Source: Longimicrobiales bacterium (GTDB lineage: Bacteria > Gemmatimonadota > Gemmatimonadetes > Longimicrobiales > Gaopeijiaceae). Taken from it: a DNA stretch of 64,000 nucleotides. A model generated the notes under the pieces. That model was given only the letters and a program-made list of their open reading frames with translations, made no database searches and was not told the DNA's origin. The position numbers were made by a program, and so were the translations under genes. Below, in pieces: positions 39,815-50,281 of the stretch. Location: positions 1 to 64,000 of the forward strand of contig CBDANQ010000058.1 of NCBI GenBank assembly GCA_965197725.1, in the 5' to 3' direction. Every line of letters starts with the position of its first letter. Position 1 is the stretch's first letter.

Positions 39815-40021
39815 GTGGCTCAGTGCAGTGGAAGTACGAAAAAGGGAAACCGGTGCAAAAGGGATGCGCGAGGCGAGTCACCGTTCTGCGCCATCCATCA
39901 GGACCAGGAGATCCGTGCACGGGAGCCCTGCGAACGAGGTGAGTGGGACAACGACGCCATTATCAAGGCGGTGATCGGCTTCGCCATCATCGGACTGTTC
40001 TTCATGATGCGACGGCGATAG
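39815..40021 (+). CDS. Small CCCH zinc-finger (DUF5763-like) protein with C-terminal TM helix
   Basis: C-x9-C-x10-C-x2-H (QCSGSTKKGNRCKR...FCAIH); AGGAGGT SD; hydrophobic tail followed by RRR. Confidence 0.7.
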   Translation: MAQCSGSTKKGNRCKRDARGESPFCAIHQDQEIRAREPCERGEWDNDAIIKAVIGFAIIGLFFMMRRR

Positions 40022-40030
40022 CGACACTCG

Positions 40031-41545
40031 TTGACCCTACCCCTCTTTGAGCGTGCCGCCGGGATTCGAGATAGGACGGCAATCGTAGCCCCTGAAGGGG
40101 TCTTTACGTTCGGGGAGCTACTCGACACTTCCGGCCGGGTGGCCACGCGGCTGCTCGCCGGGCGCAACGACCTGGACGCCGAGCGCGTCTGTTTCCTCGT
40201 ACCTCCGGGCTGGCACCACGTGTCGGTCCAGTGGGGCGTATGGAGGTCGGGCGGCTTCGCGGTGCCGCTGGCGACATCACATCCGGCGACAGAGCTCGCC
40301 CACGTGCTCGACGACGCTCGGCCCGAAACCGTCGTCGTACATCCCGACCTGATCGACCGGATCGCGGACATCGCCGCCGAACGCCAGCTGCCGGTTCTTC
40401 AGACACCCGCGCTGCTCGCTGAAGGTCCCACCGGAGTGCTGCCGGACCTGGCCGAGCACCGGTCGGCCATCATGCTCTACACATCCGGCACCACGGGGCC
40501 GCCGAAGGGCGTCGTGATCACGCACGGCAACCTCCAGGCGCAGGTCTCTTCGCTGAGCGGTGCGTGGGGTTGGAGCGAGCGCGATCACATTCTGTTGCAC
40601 CTCCCGCTGCACCACGTGCACGGGATCACGAACGTCCTTACGTCGGCGCTCTGGAACGGAGCCACCTGCGAGATCCTGCCACGCTTCAATGCGGTGGATG
40701 TGTGGGAACGCCTCTCCCGGAGCGACTGCACGCTCTATATGGCGGTGCCGACGGTATACCGGCGACTCATCGAAGCGTGGGAACGTGCTGACCCACCGAC
40801 GAGAGACGCGTGGAGCGCTGGAGCATTGGCTTGCCGACTGATGGTGTCCGGCTCGGCCGCGCTTCCAGTCCGGACCCTCGAGCGCTGGCAGGAGATCACC
40901 GGGCAACGCTTGCTCGAGCGGTACGGCATGACCGAGATCGGCATGGCTCTCTCGAATCCGCTCGACGGAGAGAGGCGGGCGGGTCATGTGGGCCAGCCGC
41001 TACCCGGTGTCGACGTCCGCCTCGTGGATGAAGCCGGCAGCCGCCTGGTCGCGGGTGCCGCTGGGGAAATCCAGGTGCGAGGCCCGACGGTCTTCTCGGC
41101 CTACTGGCAGTGTGAGAACGAGACGCGCGCGGCGTTCGGCGACTCGGGCTGGTTCAGCACCGGCGACCAGGCCGTGGTCGAGGACGGCGCATACCGCATC
41201 CTGGGGCGCTCGAGCGTGGACATCCTCAAGACGGGTGGGGAGAAGATCTCCGCGCTCGAGATCGAGGAGGTGTTGCGCTCCTACCCGGGCGTGGTAGACT
41301 GCGCGGTCGTCGGCGTCCCAGACGCCGACTGGGGCGATCGCGTCTGTGCGGCGGTCGTTTACGATGCGGCACATCCACTCGAAGCGGACGCCCTGCGAGA
41401 GTTCGCTCGGGACCGGCTGGCGCCCTATAAGGTGCCCAAGGAGGTCCTCCTCGTGGACGACCTGCCGAGGAACGCGATGGGAAAGGTCAGCAAACTCTCG
41501 GTGTGCGAGCTCTTCGAAGTGCCCGACGCCCTGGAGAGCGAATGA
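40031..41545 (+). CDS. Acyl-CoA synthetase (malonyl-CoA synthetase MatB/ACSF3-like)
   Basis: YTSGTTGPPKG, LPLHHVHG, LERYGMTEIGM and RNAMGKV motifs. Confidence 0.88.
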   Translation: MTLPLFERAAGIRDRTAIVAPEGVFTFGELLDTSGRVATRLLAGRNDLDAERVCFLVPPGWHHVSVQWGVWRSGGFAVPLATSHPATELAHVLDDARPETVVVHPDLIDRIADIAAERQLPVLQTPALLAEGPTGVLPDLAEHRSAIMLYTSGTTGPPKGVVITHGNLQAQVSSLSGAWGWSERDHILLHLPLHHVHGITNVLTSALWNGATCEILPRFNAVDVWERLSRSDCTLYMAVPTVYRRLIEAWERADPPTRDAWSAGALACRLMVSGSAALPVRTLERWQEITGQRLLERYGMTEIGMALSNPLDGERRAGHVGQPLPGVDVRLVDEAGSRLVAGAAGEIQVRGPTVFSAYWQCENETRAAFGDSGWFSTGDQAVVEDGAYRILGRSSVDILKTGGEKISALEIEEVLRSYPGVVDCAVVGVPDADWGDRVCAAVVYDAAHPLEADALREFARDRLAPYKVPKEVLLVDDLPRNAMGKVSKLSVCELFEVPDALESE

Positions 41546-43032
41546 TCGATGCCGTGCTGGGCAACCTGCGTGAGTACTGGATGGTGCACACGCTCCTGGC
41601 GCTCTACACCGTCATACTCGCGCACCACGCCTGGAGCGGGAACAAGAAGACCAAAGACCTTACCGACTACTACGTCGGGGGCCGCAGCATGGGCGGCTGG
41701 GTCATCGGTCTCTCGTTCTTCGCGACCTACGCGAGCACGAATTCGTTCGTGGGCTTCAGCGGCCGTACATACGACTGGGGGCTGCCCTGGCTGTTGTTCA
41801 TCCCCACGTCGGTCGCCTTTTGCCTCTTCGCGTGGATTGTCGTGGCTCCACGGTTGCGCAGCTTCACCGCGGAGATGGAAGCGCTGACGATCCCCGACTT
41901 CATCGGCTTTCGTTTCACCAGCACGCCGGCCCGGGTGTTCGCCGCGCTCATCGTCATCGCGGCCTCGCTCTTCTACATGACCGCAGTGTTCAAGGGCATC
42001 GGAAACCTGCTGGAGGTCTTCCTCGATATCCCGTACAAGCTCTCGATCGTCATAGTGTTCTTCATCGTCATGACCTACACGATGATCGGCGGCTTCATCT
42101 CCGTCGTTAAGACCGACGCGGTCCAGGGCGTCGTCATGATCATCGCTGCGCTGCTGCTCTTCTTCGGGACGGTGAACGCGGCGGGTGGCCTGGGTGCGAT
42201 CTCTGAGGTTAGGGCGCAGCCAGGCGGCGAGGCGCTCTTCACGTGGGGAGGCGGGGTCGCGATCCCGGTCCTGATCGGCACCATGGTCGCGAATCTCGTG
42301 AAGTTCGCGGTCGAGCCGCGTCAGCTGTCGCGCTTCTTCGCGCTGGAGGGCGACAAGGCGATCCGAACAGGTATGTGGGTGTCGTCTCTGACCTTCGCTG
42401 CGGTCTTTTCACTGCTGATCCCGGTTGGAATGTACGCTCGGCGGATCTTCCCCGACGGCATTGCGGACACCGACCTCGTGATCCCCAACCTGCTCGGCGA
42501 TGTCTTCGGGCTGGGCACGAGCTCATTTCTGCTGGTCGCAATGGTCGCCGCCGCGATGTCGTCACTCGACAGCGTCCTGCTCGTGATGGCATCGACCACC
42601 GAGCGCGACCTTGTAAGCATCGCCCGGCCCGGCCGCGGCGAAGAACAGGAGATGTTCTGGACGCGCGGCTGGGTGGCGCTCTTCGCGTTCATCACCATGC
42701 TGATCTCACTGAACCCGTTGGGCGGTATCGTGGAGTTGACAGCATTCAGCGGGGCGCTCTACGGTGCATGCTTCTTCCCCTCATTGGTGCTGGGACTGCA
42801 CTGGAAACGCGGGAACGGCGCCGCCGTGATCGCTTCCTTCGTGACCGGGATTCTCGTGCTCCTGGCCTGGAATCTCGTGCCGGGTTCCGAGATCGTGCAC
42901 GAGATCTTCCCTGCGATGGGGCTGTCCACGGGAGTCTATATCGGACTCGCGATGGCAACGGAAGACGCGGCGACCGAGGCAGTGGTAACGTTGATCGAGG
43001 GAGGCAGAAGGATCTCCGAGACGACATCGTAG
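41542..43032 (+). CDS. Sodium:solute symporter family protein
   Basis: DYYVGGRSMG, STNSFVG, TDAVQG and AAAMSSLDS motifs; many TMs. Confidence 0.9.
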   Translation: MIDAVLGNLREYWMVHTLLALYTVILAHHAWSGNKKTKDLTDYYVGGRSMGGWVIGLSFFATYASTNSFVGFSGRTYDWGLPWLLFIPTSVAFCLFAWIVVAPRLRSFTAEMEALTIPDFIGFRFTSTPARVFAALIVIAASLFYMTAVFKGIGNLLEVFLDIPYKLSIVIVFFIVMTYTMIGGFISVVKTDAVQGVVMIIAALLLFFGTVNAAGGLGAISEVRAQPGGEALFTWGGGVAIPVLIGTMVANLVKFAVEPRQLSRFFALEGDKAIRTGMWVSSLTFAAVFSLLIPVGMYARRIFPDGIADTDLVIPNLLGDVFGLGTSSFLLVAMVAAAMSSLDSVLLVMASTTERDLVSIARPGRGEEQEMFWTRGWVALFAFITMLISLNPLGGIVELTAFSGALYGACFFPSLVLGLHWKRGNGAAVIASFVTGILVLLAWNLVPGSEIVHEIFPAMGLSTGVYIGLAMATEDAATEAVVTLIEGGRRISETTS

Positions 43033-43074
43033 TAGCAGTCAACACTACCCGCTCCCTAACCCTACGGACTGACC

Positions 43075-44655
43075 CTGAGCACGCTCACCCTTGCAGAACA
43101 TCAAGCCGATATCCTCGGCTCCCTTCGGCGCCTCAAAGGCCGAGGCACCGTGGGGGATGTGGTGGCGGACTGCGGCCTGGCTGGCGACGACGTCCGCTCG
43201 GGACTCAAGGTGCTGCTGGAGTCTCACCAGGGGCACCTAGCGGTCTCCGACTCCGGCGAACTGCTCTACGAGTTCGACGAGAAGCTGATCGTTCGCGGAA
43301 CGGAGCCGGTGCTCGCCCGCTTGAAGCGCACCGCGACCGATCTGTTCACGAAGGGCTTCAAGGCGACAATAGTCATCGTGCTGGTCGTCTACTTCCTCGT
43401 CTTCGTGGCGCTGGTGATCGCCGCGCTCTTGGCGAACAGGAACAGCAACTCCCGGGGGGGCGGAGTCCTGGGCGGACGGAGAGGCAGGGGTCACAGCCAC
43501 TTCTCCTTTGGCAACTTTTGGCTCTGGTACTACATCTGGACGCCGCGCTGGAGGCTTGGCCGACCATACTACGGCCACCGCTGGGAGGGCACGCTCGCCA
43601 AGGAAGACCGACCGCCCTTCTACAAGAAGGTCTTTGCTTTCGTGTTCGGGCCGGATAAGCCGAACCCGACTCAGAGCCAGTTGGATCGCAGCACGATCCA
43701 TCTGATCCGGGCTCGCAAAGGAGTCATCACGACGGCTGAGCTCGTGGAGCACACCGCGCTCACGTTCCCGGAGGCCGAGGATGAGATGGGACGGCTCCTG
43801 GGCGCCTACGACGGCGAGGCGGCAGTCTCACCGGACGGCGAGCTCGTATACGCCTTCCCTGGACTCATGCTCAGCGCACACGAGACGAAGGCGCGCGAGC
43901 CGAATCCCGCGTGGTTGAGGCTCGAGCACAAGCAGGAGCTGACCGGTAATACCGCCGGCTCAAACGCGGTCGTCGCGGGCATGAACGGCTTCACGCTGGT
44001 GGCAGCCGCAACCGCACCCTGGTTCATCTTCCCTCGGCTCGGCATCGGTGGTCCAGCCGCGTTCGTCGGGCTGGTCCTTATACCTCTCGTATTCAGCGTC
44101 GTCTTCTACGGAGTCCCCTTCTTGCGGATGTGGGGAGTTACGCGGGAAAACAAACGGCGGGACACGCAGAACATAAGGCGGGTGCTGCTAGGTCTGGTCT
44201 ACAGCCGATCTTTGGATGGGGAGCGGGACGTCGGCACGGCAGAAGCCTACGAGCACGTGGTCAGCCGCCTGAAGTCACAGGTCGTCAGGCGGGCGGACGT
44301 CGATGCGGCGCTTCAGACGTTGGCGGCCGAGCTCGACGCGGAAGTGGCGGTCGATGACGCCGGAGATACGAGGTACCGCTTCGGGGCCCTTCGCCAGCAG
44401 TTCACCGCCAGTGAGACCGTGCGGAGGAAGTTGAAGCTCGAAAACCGGACGCTGGGGGAGATCGTCTTCTCTACCAGCGACTCGGCCATCGAAGCCGGGG
44501 AACGTGAACTCGCTCTTTTCGATCGCGGGCTCAAGGACGGTGAGGCCGATTTCGACCGGTACCTCCCTGCGCTCGACAAGATCGGATTCGAGGACGACTA
44601 CGAGCTCGTTGCGTTCGATGAAGAGTTGAAGCAACGGGGTCTCATCAAGGCGTAG
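43075..44655 (+). CDS. Conserved membrane protein resembling the cyanobacterial/plastid At5g03900 family; start uncertain
   Basis: TVGDVVA...GHLAVSDSGELLYEF, TM, Gly/Arg linker, VFAFVFG, YDGEAAVSPDGELVYAFP; the frame is open from a CTG at 43075. Confidence 0.65.
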   Translation: MSTLTLAEHQADILGSLRRLKGRGTVGDVVADCGLAGDDVRSGLKVLLESHQGHLAVSDSGELLYEFDEKLIVRGTEPVLARLKRTATDLFTKGFKATIVIVLVVYFLVFVALVIAALLANRNSNSRGGGVLGGRRGRGHSHFSFGNFWLWYYIWTPRWRLGRPYYGHRWEGTLAKEDRPPFYKKVFAFVFGPDKPNPTQSQLDRSTIHLIRARKGVITTAELVEHTALTFPEAEDEMGRLLGAYDGEAAVSPDGELVYAFPGLMLSAHETKAREPNPAWLRLEHKQELTGNTAGSNAVVAGMNGFTLVAAATAPWFIFPRLGIGGPAAFVGLVLIPLVFSVVFYGVPFLRMWGVTRENKRRDTQNIRRVLLGLVYSRSLDGERDVGTAEAYEHVVSRLKSQVVRRADVDAALQTLAAELDAEVAVDDAGDTRYRFGALRQQFTASETVRRKLKLENRTLGEIVFSTSDSAIEAGERELALFDRGLKDGEADFDRYLPALDKIGFEDDYELVAFDEELKQRGLIKA

Positions 44656-44740
44656 CAGCCCGTGGTGCCCACAGCTTGTGGTTATTCCCCTTCTCGATGC
44701 GTCGTATGATGAAACGGTGGCTGGCTTCAGAGGTGAGGAG

Positions 44741-45130
44741 ATGATGATGATGAAGAGGACATTGACGTCGCTCGCGGCGCTAGTGGTGATCACGGCCTGC
44801 GCGACACCCGGACGGGTGGTTGAGCATCAAGAACCCTTCACGAGGGAGCCTGTCGGTGAGGAACGCATCCGGGTTCAGGTGCATAACGACAACTTCATGG
44901 ACGCGCGCCTCTATGCACTCGGACCGGGCACGCGCCACTATCTCGGCGTCGTCGGCGGCAAGCAGCAAGTGGTGGTGGACATCCCGTGGGATATCAGCCA
45001 GCCTCTGCGCATCGAGATCGACATGCTTGCCGGTCGCAAGTGCATCACGCGTATCATCCAGACCGACCCCGGCGACCTGCTCGAACTTAGGATCGAACCG
45101 GTGTTCTCGAGCAGCAGCCTCTGCTCGTAG
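44741..45130 (+). CDS. Hypothetical lipoprotein
   Basis: MKR + hydrophobic stretch + ITAC lipobox; GAGGAG SD. Confidence 0.7.
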   Translation: MMMMKRTLTSLAALVVITACATPGRVVEHQEPFTREPVGEERIRVQVHNDNFMDARLYALGPGTRHYLGVVGGKQQVVVDIPWDISQPLRIEIDMLAGRKCITRIIQTDPGDLLELRIEPVFSSSSLCS

Positions 45131-45202
45131 CGACCTGGGGGCGTTGCGCGCCGGTCGCTAGAAAGCTGAGAGGCGGCCCGCTTTATTTATGCAACAGCCT
45201 TC

Positions 45203-46381
45203 TTAGTCGTAGAGCAGGTGGGCTGCGACGCTGTCGCGGAAGTCGGCGAGTTCCCGATCGATACCGTGCAGGATTTCGTCGACGGTAGCGCCCGAGTCCA
45301 CACCTGTACGCAATCCGTCGTGCCCCCAGAGAATGTCGATGGGAGCGAGCTTCTCTTCGTACTCGTACGGTGGGGCCCGCCACGCGAACCCGTCCGGCGT
45401 CAGCTCCTTCGCGGCGCTGAGGAGCGCTACCGCCGTGCGTACCGGCTCGAACGTTTGGGCATCCGTGACATGGAGTTGCGCGCCTCCGCACATGGTGCGC
45501 GCGTGTTTTTGGAAGGACGGTTCGAAGTGGCAGGGTCGAAACCGTACCCCGGGTAGCTGGTGCCCCTTGAGCCGTTCTACGAGAGCGCGGGCGTCGAGAC
45601 GCGGCGCGCCTACGAGCTCGAACGGTCGTGTCGTGCCTCTCCCCTCCGAGAGGTTGGTGCCCTCGACCAGGACCATGCCCGGATAGACGTCACAGGAGTC
45701 GACCGTCGGCAGATTGGGGCTGGGCATCACCCAGGGTAGTCCCGTGTCGTGCCACCTCATCCACCGGCGAAGCCCTGCGCAGGCCACGACCTCGAGCTCG
45801 CACCCGATTCCGCGCACATCGTTGAGCCAGAGCGCCAACTCTCCACACGTGAGGCCGTGCCGGAGCGGTACGGGATGCAGGCCTACGAAGGACTCGAAGC
45901 CCGGGCGGAGCACGGGACCCTCGCGGCGATCGCAGGCGATGGGGTTGGGGCGGTCCAGCACCACGAAGCGCACACCGGCCTCGGCGCACGCCTGCATTGC
46001 AAGCGCCATCGTCCACACGAAGGTGTACACCCGGACCCCTACGTCCTGTAGATCGAAGAGGACCGCGTCGAGCCCGTCTAGCATCTCGGGGGTGGGCCTT
46101 CGGACCTCGCCGTACAACGAGTGCACGGGCAGGCCGGTCACCGGGTCGGTGTAGTGCTCCGACTCGATCATGTTGTCCTGCTTTTCTCCGCGCGCCCCGT
46201 GTTGCGGCCCGAAAAGCGCACGCACGTCGAAGTCCGCGGCCAGCAGCGCGTCCGCGGAGAAGGTCAGATCCGACGCCACGGACGCCGGGTGCGCGATCAG
46301 GCCGCACGGGATTCCGCGTAGGTGGTCGGCCCCGCCCGCGAGGACCCGGTCGATGCCCGTACGGACGCGGACCCGGCTCAA
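45203..46381 (-). CDS. namZ: Exo-beta-N-acetylmuramidase NamZ (DUF1343)
   Basis: LFGPQHG, FDLQDVGVRVYTF, LDRPNP, PSPNLP and SEGRGTTRPFE motifs. Confidence 0.88.
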   Translation of the reverse strand: MSRVRVRTGIDRVLAGGADHLRGIPCGLIAHPASVASDLTFSADALLAADFDVRALFGPQHGARGEKQDNMIESEHYTDPVTGLPVHSLYGEVRRPTPEMLDGLDAVLFDLQDVGVRVYTFVWTMALAMQACAEAGVRFVVLDRPNPIACDRREGPVLRPGFESFVGLHPVPLRHGLTCGELALWLNDVRGIGCELEVVACAGLRRWMRWHDTGLPWVMPSPNLPTVDSCDVYPGMVLVEGTNLSEGRGTTRPFELVGAPRLDARALVERLKGHQLPGVRFRPCHFEPSFQKHARTMCGGAQLHVTDAQTFEPVRTAVALLSAAKELTPDGFAWRAPPYEYEEKLAPIDILWGHDGLRTGVDSGATVDEILHGIDRELADFRDSVAAHLLYD

Positions 46382-46685
46382 GAGCCTAGTGTCCTGTCCC
46401 ACCGGAATGCTCGGTGAGCGAGTCGACGTACACCGGAACGGCACCCCCCAGCGCGTCGCGCGATTAGCCCGACACCGCTGCCGAGAAGGCGAGCGTCGAG
46501 AGAACTACCAGGAGCACGGCGAGCCGCCGCACGTTCTCGAGCTTCATAGCTGTGGAATCATCAGAGAGGTTGAAGCGGAGCCCGAGAATGGGCACCGGGG
46601 CTGAGCCCCGCTACCCCGGTCGTCATTCGGGTCCGGACGTCGCGACTGGATCAACTCAGACCGGAGTGGGTTCCCTTGTCGGGGC

Positions 46686-46930
46686 CTACATCCGAAACCG
46701 TTCTTGAATCACGCAAATCGATGCCAACAGCAGGAGAAGCGAATCCATCGAACCGTCCTTGCCCGGCCCCAAATCTGGAAGCGAATCGAGTAGACGCACT
46801 ACCGCGGTCCGATCCAGAAACGGCACAGCTGAAGTCCCAGCGCCGCGCAGCGTGTCCTGGACGAGTTCATTGAGCGGGCTGCCCTTAAGCGCCCCGGTAG
46901 GAGGCGGTGGATACGTATGATGACGTAGCG
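46686..46930 (-). pseudogene. C-terminal remnant resembling asparagine synthase (AsnB-like)
   Basis: ELVQDTLRG...VPFLDRTAVVRLLD...SICVIQERF; no upstream body of the gene. Confidence 0.45.
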
Positions 46931-46984
46931 AGAGTCCCAAGATGACGTCCACCCGGGCGAGCGAGCGGAGCCCCTGGCATGCGA

Positions 46985-47434
46985 TCAAGCTGTGCTGGGC
47001 GGGCCGGTCTCGTGGGCGTCGAGGAAGCGAGCCGCTATGTCAGGCGTCGGCGTCATGCAGGTGGCTCTCCGACCGAACCACCGGTAACGATTGCGTGCGA
47101 CTAGGTCATATGTCGCGTCTCGGATTGGACGCGGCAGGACGATTCCCAGCCGGAGCAGCGCGAACGGGCGGCCAAGTCCCCGCGCGATTCGCAGGGCCGC
47201 CGCCGACCGAGTGTGAACGCCGTCCGAGTCGAGCAGGACGATACTGTCCGGGAGCGCGTCGATCTCATCCCGGCCCAAGGCCTTCTCCAGCTCTCGACGA
47301 GCAGCGTCTGACTGGAGGGACGCGAAATAGAATCGTCGGTCCTTGTCGCGCTCGATTACCCACTGGACCGCCGAGTTGCAAAGGTTGCAGACTCCGTCGA
47401 AGAGAATGACGGGACGTTGTGGTCGGCGGTCCAC
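46985..47434 (-). CDS. DCC1-like thiol-disulfide oxidoreductase (DUF393)
   Basis: VILFDGVCNLC, FASLQS and YDLVARNRYRWFG motifs. Confidence 0.9.
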   Translation of the reverse strand: MDRRPQRPVILFDGVCNLCNSAVQWVIERDKDRRFYFASLQSDAARRELEKALGRDEIDALPDSIVLLDSDGVHTRSAAALRIARGLGRPFALLRLGIVLPRPIRDATYDLVARNRYRWFGRRATCMTPTPDIAARFLDAHETGPPSTA

Positions 47435-50140
47435 TAGTTCCCGCCGCGCGCGACGAAGATCGGCGTGCTGTGCTCGGTGCCGTTCACCGTCAGCACAGCC
47501 GTGTACTGCCCGGGCTGCACGGTGTTGGCACGCCGTCGGAATCCGCCACCACCGCCACCACCCTGATGGGCGCCCATGCGGTCGAGTCGCCACTCGATCT
47601 GGCTCAGGCCTGCGGAACCACTCGCCTCGAGAACGTTCACTGTCCTGCCCTGGCTGTCCTGCACCTCCAGCGTGATGTCGGCATCCGCACCGAGCCAGTA
47701 GTGCACGTACGCGCTCTGAACGTTTCCGCCGAAGCCTCCAGACTCACCACTGGGAACCACGCCATCTTCGGCACCGAATACGTGCGCGCTCGAAGCGACG
47801 ACCGCCGGGGTGAGCTGTTGGAGCTGGCGGACATCGCACGCGAACATGCCGCGACCGTGGGTCGCCGCGACCATGATGTCCTCCCGGGGATGGATCACGA
47901 GGTCGTGCACGAACGTGCTCGGCAGCTCATGGCTGAGGGCATGCCACTGCTCGCCCTGGTCCAGCGACACGTAGACCCCGACGTCGTTCCCGGCATAGAG
48001 GATGTTGTCGTTCTTCGGGTCCTCGCGGATGATGTTCACCGGCCCGAAGGGGATGCCGTTCGCGATGCTCTTCCACGTTCGGCCGTAGTCGGTGGACTTC
48101 CACACGTAGGGGGCGAAGTCGTCACTGCGACGTCCGTTCTGTGTCACATACACCGTGCCCTCGTCGAGGCGCGACGCCACCACCTCGGAGGTGAAGCGGT
48201 CGGAGTGCAGACCCCGCGACACATCCATCCAGGCCCCACCGTCGTTCATGGTCACATGAACCCGACCGTCGTCCGTGCCCGCGTAGAGAAGGCCCTGTCT
48301 GATGGGTGACTCCGAGAGCGCAACGATGGTCTGGAACTGGATGTCGCCAATACGGTCGACATCGTTGTGCGACAGGTCCGGGCTGATGCGCCGCCAGTCG
48401 TGGCCCTGATTCGTCGACTTGAAGACAAAGTTCATGCCGTGGTAGATGGTGTTCGGGTCGTGCGGCGAGATGATGAAGTGCGCCAACCACTGACCTCGGA
48501 GCGGCGGTTCGCCCGGGCCGGCACTCGGCATGATCGACGTGTTCTCGCCCGTCTCGAGGTTACGGCGTGCGATCGAACCGTAGAAGCCCGCCGAATAGAC
48601 GAGGTTCGGGTCACGCGGGTCGATAGCATGGTGGCTGCCCTCGCCGCCCGGCGCAGAATCGAACTCGACCGCGGGAATGCTGTGGCGCCCGCTGCTCAGG
48701 TCGACGATGCCACTGTATGAGCCGTGGTCCTGCACCGATCCGTACACCCGGAACGGTAGCCCGAGATCGTAGTTCACGTTGAAGAACTGGACCATCGGAA
48801 GCCCACGGAAGAAACGCCAGTTCTCGCCGGCGTCGTAGGAGACGTACGCGCCTCCATCGTTGTTGTTGACGAGGTAATCGGAGTTGTTGGGGTCGATGTA
48901 CAGTCCGTGGTGATCAATGTGCATGCCGGTCAGCCGCGTGAACGTGGCGCCACCGTCGTCCGAGACGTTCAGACCTAGACCCATGACGTAGATCTTGTCC
49001 GAGTCGTTCGGATCGACCCGAATCTGGCCGAACACACCACCCATACGTGCTGGCCAGATTCTCCATGAACTCGTTGTGCTCGCTCATCCTCCGCCACGAG
49101 GAGCCGCCGTTGTCGGACCGGAACACGGTCGCGCCGCGAATCACACCGCCACGGGGCCGTCCGTAAGTATCGACCTCAGCGCTCGCCCCGCCTTCGCGCG
49201 CGATCTCGTAGTTGTCGACGAACGCATAGATCGTCTCGGGCTGCGAGCGCGCGATGTCGATGCCGATCCGGCCGCGGTACCGGGCCTCGGGCAACCCGTT
49301 GTTCACTTGCTTCCAATTCGTGCCCCCGTCCGTGCTCTTCCAGACACCGGAGCCGGTGAAGTAGTCGGTCGATTGCGTGAACGCCGGCTCGTTGCGCGGA
49401 TCGTTGAATTTCGCCCGCCGCCGCTGCCACGTCGCCGCATACAGTGTGTTCGGGTCGTTCGGGTGGATGACCAGGTCGATGGCTCCGGTCATGTCGTCGA
49501 CGTAGAGCACGTTCTGCCAGGTCTGGCCACCGTCGGTCGTCCGGTAGACGCCGCGCTCCGGATTGTCGCGATACTCGTGACCGCTCGCGGCCACCCAGAC
49601 GATGTCCGGGTTGTTGGGGTGCACGACGACACGCGCGATGGTCTGCGTCTCAGTGAGCCCCTTGTGTGTCCAGGTCTCGCCCCCGTCCGTCGTCTTGTAG
49701 ATGCCCGCGCCGGCGTGCGAGCTGCGGAAGATGTTCGCCTCACCGGTACCGACCCAGACGATCTCCGGGTTCGACGGGCTGATGGCGATGTCCCCGATGG
49801 AGGTCGTGAGCTGTTCGTCGAAGAGCGACGTCCAGGTCACGCCCTCGTTCTCTGTTTTCCACAGGCCGCCCGAGGCGCCTCCGACATACATCGTGTACGT
49901 CTCGCCCCGGGGCTCTGGGACCGCGATGTCCGTCGATCGACCGCTGATGTTCGTCGGCCCGAGGTGCTGCCACGGCAGCGTGGAGAAGAGGGACCCTTTG
50001 ACCATCGCCCGGTGTTGTTCGAAGGCCTCCAGTCGCTCGGTGGCCGACATGCGCTCACTCTGGGCGGCGATCGGAGCGGACGGCGGGATGGTGAGCAAGG
50101 CCGTCCGGAGCAGGACGAAGCTGATGCGCCTGGTGTTCAT
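47434..50140 (-). CDS. Secreted VPS10/BNR-repeat beta-propeller protein, frameshifted at ~49037
   Basis: Signal peptide, GPTNISGR, many S/T-x-D-x-G-x-x-W repeats, ATHGRG; two ORFs join at TYGW/VFGQI. Confidence 0.85.
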
Positions 50141-50281
50141 GACATGGAGCCGGTCGAGCTACCGAAATCAGGACTGCGGCACTCCGCCGCCGGAGTCGGA
50201 AACGTATGAGCCGCGCTTTCCGCCACGCCAGGGGGCGTAGTAGCTTGGACAGACGCCCGAGCGGTAGACCGGAACTCCCAC

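Noticed and set aside
42243..43658. 471-aa plus-strand ORF
   Set aside because: Arg/Gly-rich alternative frame overlapping two better-supported genes.
44741..44752. (ATG)4 as a phase-variable tract
   Set aside because: In-frame triplets; length changes would not shift the frame.
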